Shown here: in pieces, positions 58,727 through 64,000 of the stretch | Layout: every line of letters begins with the position of its first letter | How positions within the stretch are numbered: the stretch's first letter is position 1 | DNA from: a bacterium | GTDB lineage: Bacteria; Electryoneota; Electryoneia; Electryoneales; Electryoneaceae | NCBI GenBank assembly: GCA_963669175.1 | Contig: OY769902.1 | Location: 1,504,001-1,568,000, forward strand | DNA length: 64,000 bases | Direction of reading: 5' to 3' | Translations under genes and position numbers: made by a program | Notes under the pieces: generated by a model | Told to the model about the DNA's origin: nothing | The model's input: only the letters and a program-made list of their open reading frames with translations | Database searches by the model: none

Positions 58727-61700
58727 ATGATGCGCACGGTTGCTTTTGGACGGTTTACTCTGGTCTTTCTTTTGTTTTCTTCTTTCGTTCACGCTGCAAC
58801 GGAAATCGTCCACGAGAGTGATGGCGTCTCTGTTACACGAACCTACCACCATGGCTCCTCGGAGCTGACAGTGCTTTCTTCGACTGATCTGTTGTCTGTT
58901 CTGGAAGAGTATGCCCGTTCCGAAAAGGACGGCGATAAGGTAGAGTTGCAGCAGTCGTTGACGCGGCAGGCTTTGCTTCCCTGTCCTCGTGGGTTCCGGT
59001 ATGAGATCCGGAATGTCGAGACCCGGGTGGGCGCTCGTGTCTCTGATCCGCAGAGTATTGCCTGGTTGGATGCGCACGCTTCGAATGGTACGGAAGCTGT
59101 TGTCCTCGGTGAACCCATGATTTTCAGAGACCTGGTTCTGGCTGATGTGGCCATTACTCCGTTTACCAGGGTTGACGGCGAGTGGTGTCTTCTGGACAGG
59201 ATAGACATTGCGGCGGAACGGGTGCCTGATCTTTCGACGCAGCCCTTGGAAGGTGGCCCTGCCGCTTCGTTCATGGAAGTCTACCGCAGCATCATGACAG
59301 ACGATGAACTGGATGAGATCGGCACACCCACAACAAAAGGTGGGTACCTGCTGGTTTCGCATTCAAGCTACATCGAAGCGTTGAGCGACTGGATTGACTG
59401 GAAAGAGAAAACCGGCTCGCATGTTGAGGTTGTTCAAACTCCTAATCACCCTTCTTATGCAACTGTGCGTGGTCTGATTCAGGCCGCATGGGGCGAATTG
59501 GATGTAAAGCCTGAGTATATCCTCCTGGTTGGTGATCCGGTTTTTGGTAATAACGCCACCATGCCCGGCAATTTTATCGAAAGTGAGTATTCCGGTGAAG
59601 TGATTACAGATTACTCCTATTCGCTTCTTTCCGGGTTGGATTACTGGCCGGAAGCCTGGATTGGCCGCTTTTCCGTGACAAGTTACGCGGAAGCTGTGCG
59701 AGTAGCGAACAAGACGGTCAGTTACGAGCGTGGTGATAACCTTGCCATTGATTCTGACTGGGTCACACGTGGGCTGGTTGTTTGTGACAATACCTACAGC
59801 TCAACCGGGTTGACCAGCAGTTGGATCAGACGGGAGATGCTATCCGGTTCATTTACCGAGGTCGATTCCGTCTGGTATCCACCTACGCAGGTGCCCGGTC
59901 CGATTATCAGTGCGATCAACCTGGGTGTGAGTTGGGTGAACTATCGTGGTTTTGGCAATCCTGCCGGGTGGACCTTCCCGATATTCAGGACGACGGACGT
60001 CAATAGCCTGGTCAACGGATTCCAGTTGCCTGTTGTAACCAGTATTGTCTGTGGTGGGGGTGATTTTGTTGATGGCACAGATCCCTGCCTGGGTGAAGCG
60101 TTTTTACGTGCCGGAAGTGTTAATGAACCAACAGGTGCGGTCGCATTCGTCGGACCAAGTGAACACAATACGCATACACGCTGGAACAATGCCATCAGTA
60201 TGAACCTGTATGCCGGATTGCTGCATGAGAACTTTACCACTTTCGGCAGCCTGGTCTTTCGTGGGAAAATGGGCGTGTATAGTGGTTTTCCCAATAATCG
60301 TTTCCTGGGTACGGAAGAGGAGTCGGTATACTTCTATTTCTTCACGTACAACATTCTCGGCGATCCGGGCTTGACGGTCAGGAATGCGACGCCGGTTGAG
60401 CTTCATATGGCAGTTGCCGATACACTGCTCCTTGGAAGCAATGACCTGCCGGTACTGATTACGGATGATAACGATACGCCGGTTGAAGGCATCAATGTTA
60501 CGGTTGTTACTGAAGATTGGGGTCCGATAAGTCTTCTTTCTGATGCGACCGGGCAGGTGCGCTTTGACTTTACTACTTTCGAACCCCCTGCCGGTAATCT
60601 CTTTATCACTGCGACAGGATTCAACACAATAGCTGCTGTTGATACACTGACAGTGTCCGCTACTCCTGTTACGGTTGCCTTGAGTGACCTTGTCATGTTA
60701 CCGGCTGCAACGGCAGGCGCAACTGTTGAAATTACCCCTACTCTGTGGAACAGAAGCGAAGAAACACTCAGCAATCTGAGCGGGGTTCTGGTTGCTCTTG
60801 AAGAAGGTGTAACTGTTACAGTCGCTGAACAGGAATATGAGGGATCTGTTGCACCGAACGCGCATTTTGGAGAACTAAGCTATGAGATTGAAATAGATGA
60901 AGATGTTCCGAATGGGTTCGATCCTGGCCTGATACTTGAGTTGTATGAAGACGATGATTTAGTGTCAACCGTACGAATTTCGATGAGTGTGGACGCTCCC
61001 TTGATGGCAGTCGTGAATTCTGCTGTTGTAGCTGATGGACCAGGAGATTCAGAGACATTTGCACTGACTTTCCGGAATCATGGTGACGCTGCAATTGATG
61101 CCAGTACGGTGACAATCAGTACCGAGCATCCATGGATTACCCTTGTCAACGCGAGTTCTTCGCTTCAAGCTATTGATGCAGACAACCAGGCGCCAACCGA
61201 GCAGATGTTCAGCTTGACAGTGGCAGAGAATGCTTACCAGGGGTGGACTCTTCCCATGACCTGGACACTAGAAGCCGAGTCTGGGAGAACTGAATCAGGC
61301 GCGTTAGTGTTGGTCCTGGGCGATGCGGATACGACAGATCCCTACGGGCCCGACAGTTATGGGTACGTCGCCTTTGATGATTGTGATGAAAACTACTTCC
61401 ACCGTCCACGTTTTGACTGGTACGAGATTGATCCTGAATATGGTGGATCCGGGACGGCGCTTGATTTCTCCGATAACTGGTATGAACAGGATGAGAGCGC
61501 CATGCTGGCGCTGCCCTTCTCATTCACGTTCTATGGGCAGGAATTTGATACGATTACAGTTTGTACAAATGGCTGGTTGAAGTTTGGCGATACCGGTGAA
61601 GTGCAATTCCGGAATTGGAATCTCCTGGGTGGTCCCTCTCCGAACAACCTGGTCGCCCCGTTCTGGGATGACCTGATCATGGCTGGCGGACGAGTTGTTT

Positions 61701-63505
61701 TCAAGTACCAGGAAGAGCTGGACCGTTACATCGTGCAATGGTCACGGATGAAGCTTCCGACTCAATATCACACGGAGATAACCCAGACCTTCCAGGCCAT
61801 TCTTTATGACCCTGCTGAACACCCGACAACGACAGGGGATGGTATTATTGATTTTCAATACCTGGAAGTCAATGATGGCGATACCGGTGAAAATTACTCC
61901 ACTGTCGGGATTCGTAACTGTGATGGCACAGCCGCGACAGAGCTACGCTACGCAAACATCTCACCGGATGCTGTCAGTGCGATTGGCGCGGAACGAGCGT
62001 ACAGGATCACGACCGATACGGAACCGGCAGGCTCCGGAACCAGGATCGCATCCATCAACATGATTGATGATGGCTCCATGGGGTCTGGGGGTGATGGTGA
62101 TGGCTTCCCTGACAATAACGAAACGATAGCCTTGAGGCTGTCGGCAATAAACCTGGGGACATTGCAAAACCAGGATGTTACCGTAAGTGTCAGTACAGAA
62201 GATCCCTATATCGATATTGCCCAGGGATCGGCAACATTCAGCAACCTTGATCCGTTTGAAACCGTACAGGCTGATCAACCGCTTCTGGTTTCGATCAGCC
62301 AGGTTGTGCCTGACCAGGAACAGGTCGTGTTGTTATTGACGCTTACGGATGAGGACAACAACACCTATCTCGAGTGGCTTACCCTGGAAATCCGGTCAGC
62401 GAGGTTGGAGATATCCAATACTGTAGTTTACGACCTTGCTCCCGGTGGCAATGGCAATGGCTGGGCGGAACCCGGTGAAACGATTGAACTGGGAATGATG
62501 TTGACCAATGCCGGGCGCAATGATATTGGCGCCGCAACCATTGTTCTTGAAGCGGATCTTGACAATTACGTTACGATTGTTCAAGACGAACTTACTCTCG
62601 AATCGCTGGAAGCCGGTCAGACGGTAACACTGCCGGACAGGTTTGAAATAGAAGTGTCGCCTGACTGTCCGGAATTTGCTGTCCTGCGCCTGCCGATTCG
62701 TTTCAGCCAGAATGGCGAGGAATTCCCGGTTGATTCGATGGCGCTTTCGATTGGTGAGTATTGTTTCTACGAAGACTTTGAAGGAGAGCTGAACAACCAG
62801 TGGGGGATGGTGCAGGGAGAATGGCATGTCTCGACTCTGGAAGCCTTCTCACCTTCTCATTCAATTCGCTGGGGTGCAGAAGACGGTAGCGACTATTCTG
62901 CAAACCGACGGGACCGGTTGATCACCAATCCATTTACCACGACTGGCTCGCTGGTAACCAGTTTTAACGCCAAATGGTCACTTGGAACGGGCGATACGGT
63001 CAGGATAGACCTGGTGCAGATCGGAGCCGACACATTCCACTTGGTGACATGTACCGGCGTCATGGATGAATGGCAGAGCTACGATATGGAGACCTGGCTT
63101 TCCAACAGCGAGCGTAACATCTCCCTATTGATGACAGCCACATCTAATCCTTACGGCACCGGCACCGGTTTTTACGCGGATGACATACGAATCCGTGAAG
63201 ACGAAGTGGGTGTTTCCGAACAGGAATCTGCCGGAATACCGGAAACTTATGATCTGGTCGGACCCTATCCAAACCCGTTCAATCCACAGACCGTAGTCCG
63301 TGTTGATCTGCCACAGGCATCCAGTGTACAGGTGGACGTTTTCGATGTATTGGGCAGGCAGGTGGCCACTTTGCTGGATACCCATCTGGCCGCGGGGAGG
63401 CATGAGGTGATCTGGACCGCCGATAATTTTGCCAGTGGGCTATATTTCATTCGCATGAGGACAGCAAATGTTCGTATAATAAGGAAGGCGGTGGTTTTGA
63501 AGTAG
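58727..63505 (+). CDS. C25 (gingipain-family) peptidase-like protein with Ig-like repeats and T9SS-type C-terminal domain
   Basis: WKEKTG, YILLVGD, DY.PE..IGRFS, K...YE, VNYRG, SIVC, GEA.LRAG..GAVAF.GPS, YN.LGDP; GPD.YGY and APFWDDL; YPNPFNP..SGLYF..KAVVLK; RBS GGAGG. Confidence 0.88.
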   Translation: MMRTVAFGRFTLVFLLFSSFVHAATEIVHESDGVSVTRTYHHGSSELTVLSSTDLLSVLEEYARSEKDGDKVELQQSLTRQALLPCPRGFRYEIRNVETRVGARVSDPQSIAWLDAHASNGTEAVVLGEPMIFRDLVLADVAITPFTRVDGEWCLLDRIDIAAERVPDLSTQPLEGGPAASFMEVYRSIMTDDELDEIGTPTTKGGYLLVSHSSYIEALSDWIDWKEKTGSHVEVVQTPNHPSYATVRGLIQAAWGELDVKPEYILLVGDPVFGNNATMPGNFIESEYSGEVITDYSYSLLSGLDYWPEAWIGRFSVTSYAEAVRVANKTVSYERGDNLAIDSDWVTRGLVVCDNTYSSTGLTSSWIRREMLSGSFTEVDSVWYPPTQVPGPIISAINLGVSWVNYRGFGNPAGWTFPIFRTTDVNSLVNGFQLPVVTSIVCGGGDFVDGTDPCLGEAFLRAGSVNEPTGAVAFVGPSEHNTHTRWNNAISMNLYAGLLHENFTTFGSLVFRGKMGVYSGFPNNRFLGTEEESVYFYFFTYNILGDPGLTVRNATPVELHMAVADTLLLGSNDLPVLITDDNDTPVEGINVTVVTEDWGPISLLSDATGQVRFDFTTFEPPAGNLFITATGFNTIAAVDTLTVSATPVTVALSDLVMLPAATAGATVEITPTLWNRSEETLSNLSGVLVALEEGVTVTVAEQEYEGSVAPNAHFGELSYEIEIDEDVPNGFDPGLILELYEDDDLVSTVRISMSVDAPLMAVVNSAVVADGPGDSETFALTFRNHGDAAIDASTVTISTEHPWITLVNASSSLQAIDADNQAPTEQMFSLTVAENAYQGWTLPMTWTLEAESGRTESGALVLVLGDADTTDPYGPDSYGYVAFDDCDENYFHRPRFDWYEIDPEYGGSGTALDFSDNWYEQDESAMLALPFSFTFYGQEFDTITVCTNGWLKFGDTGEVQFRNWNLLGGPSPNNLVAPFWDDLIMAGGRVVFKYQEELDRYIVQWSRMKLPTQYHTEITQTFQAILYDPAEHPTTTGDGIIDFQYLEVNDGDTGENYSTVGIRNCDGTAATELRYANISPDAVSAIGAERAYRITTDTEPAGSGTRIASINMIDDGSMGSGGDGDGFPDNNETIALRLSAINLGTLQNQDVTVSVSTEDPYIDIAQGSATFSNLDPFETVQADQPLLVSISQVVPDQEQVVLLLTLTDEDNNTYLEWLTLEIRSARLEISNTVVYDLAPGGNGNGWAEPGETIELGMMLTNAGRNDIGAATIVLEADLDNYVTIVQDELTLESLEAGQTVTLPDRFEIEVSPDCPEFAVLRLPIRFSQNGEEFPVDSMALSIGEYCFYEDFEGELNNQWGMVQGEWHVSTLEAFSPSHSIRWGAEDGSDYSANRRDRLITNPFTTTGSLVTSFNAKWSLGTGDTVRIDLVQIGADTFHLVTCTGVMDEWQSYDMETWLSNSERNISLLMTATSNPYGTGTGFYADDIRIREDEVGVSEQESAGIPETYDLVGPYPNPFNPQTVVRVDLPQASSVQVDVFDVLGRQVATLLDTHLAAGRHEVIWTADNFASGLYFIRMRTANVRIIRKAVVLK

Positions 63506-63731
63506 GGGGCAAACAGTGTCTGGGTTGTGCTCGCTACTCATGCGCCTTACCTTGCTATGGCAGGTAGTTTGATAGGCTTTCCACAGATTTAGAAAAACAA
63601 CACTTTACGGTGTCGATGATAACAACGCTTCTGTTTGCCTTTGAGAAATAGTGCGGCACGGCTGCTACAGGTACGGAAACGACACCAACATGGAGGCGCG
63701 CAACCCGGAGAATTTGCGCAATGAGTTTACC

Positions 63732-64000
63732 ATGAAGGTTCACGCTTTCTTCCAGAGAGCGGGTGTGCTATTGGCTGTGCTGCTGATTACGGTGGCGTGT
63801 GTTCTGCCGGTGCATGCTCGCGCGGTCTACAGTGGTGGTCTCGGTGAGGTGCTTGAAGAGGCCGAGCCAGACAGCTTCATTCCTCTCCTTGTCTTGTTTA
63901 ACAAACCTTTACATGCGTCCGAAGTACGGCTTGAGATCCAGGGGATGAGTCTCCCGGAACGACGCGAACACGTGGTTGGCCGTCTGAAAGAACATCTTGT
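63732..64000 (+). CDS. Partial secreted protein (possible S8 peptidase prodomain)
   Basis: Manual translation MKVHAFFQRAGVLLAVLLITVACVLPVHARAVYSGGLGEVLEEAEPDSFIPLLVLFNKP...ERREHVVGRLKEHL, open to the window end. Confidence 0.55.
   Translation, partial: MKVHAFFQRAGVLLAVLLITVACVLPVHARAVYSGGLGEVLEEAEPDSFIPLLVLFNKPLHASEVRLEIQGMSLPERREHVVGRLKEHL

Overview
Bacterial chromosomal window. Many secreted proteins carry a 'YPNPFN..' T9SS/FlgD-type C-terminal domain, and kdsA, flgB and a C25 peptidase are present, which suggests a diderm FCB-associated lineage (inference). From left to right: (1) a partial FlgT-N-like secreted gene, mosaics of palindromic repeats including a 308-bp tandem duplication, an Rrf2 regulator fused to two DsrC/TusE-like domains, apgM, a MYG1-like hydrolase, a GAF/HD-GYP protein and a receiver protein. 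(2) 9.4-24.6 kb: six paralogous secreted ~750-820 aa proteins (DUF4900/PilX-ComZ-like N-domain, beta-helix-like middle, sorting domain). Four of their five junctions contain a ~240-bp very AT-rich element built on (CGCAAAGR)n repeats; three have both inverted arms, and the interiors occur in both orientations while the flanks keep one polarity. (3) two HDOD proteins and kdsA. (4) 29.4-42.1 kb: a Myxococcus Agl-Glt-like cluster (two TPR proteins, one of 2181 aa; a GltF-like peptide; TolQ; two ExbD; an AgmX/PglI-like protein). (5) a housekeeping block: aspS, lipoprotein/LysM pair, phoH, 7TM-HD, ybeY, CorC/HlyC, TIGR03960/03936 radical SAM, rne/rng, DtxR-family regulator. (6) an orphan flgB with a sigma54-type promoter, a small basic HTH-like gene, a degenerate HD-GYP gene, a C25 peptidase and a partial gene. 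The best novelty candidates are the paralog array with its candidate invertible elements, the Agl-Glt-like machine, and the Rrf2-DsrC-DsrC fusion. All family calls come from recognising motifs by eye; no searches were run.
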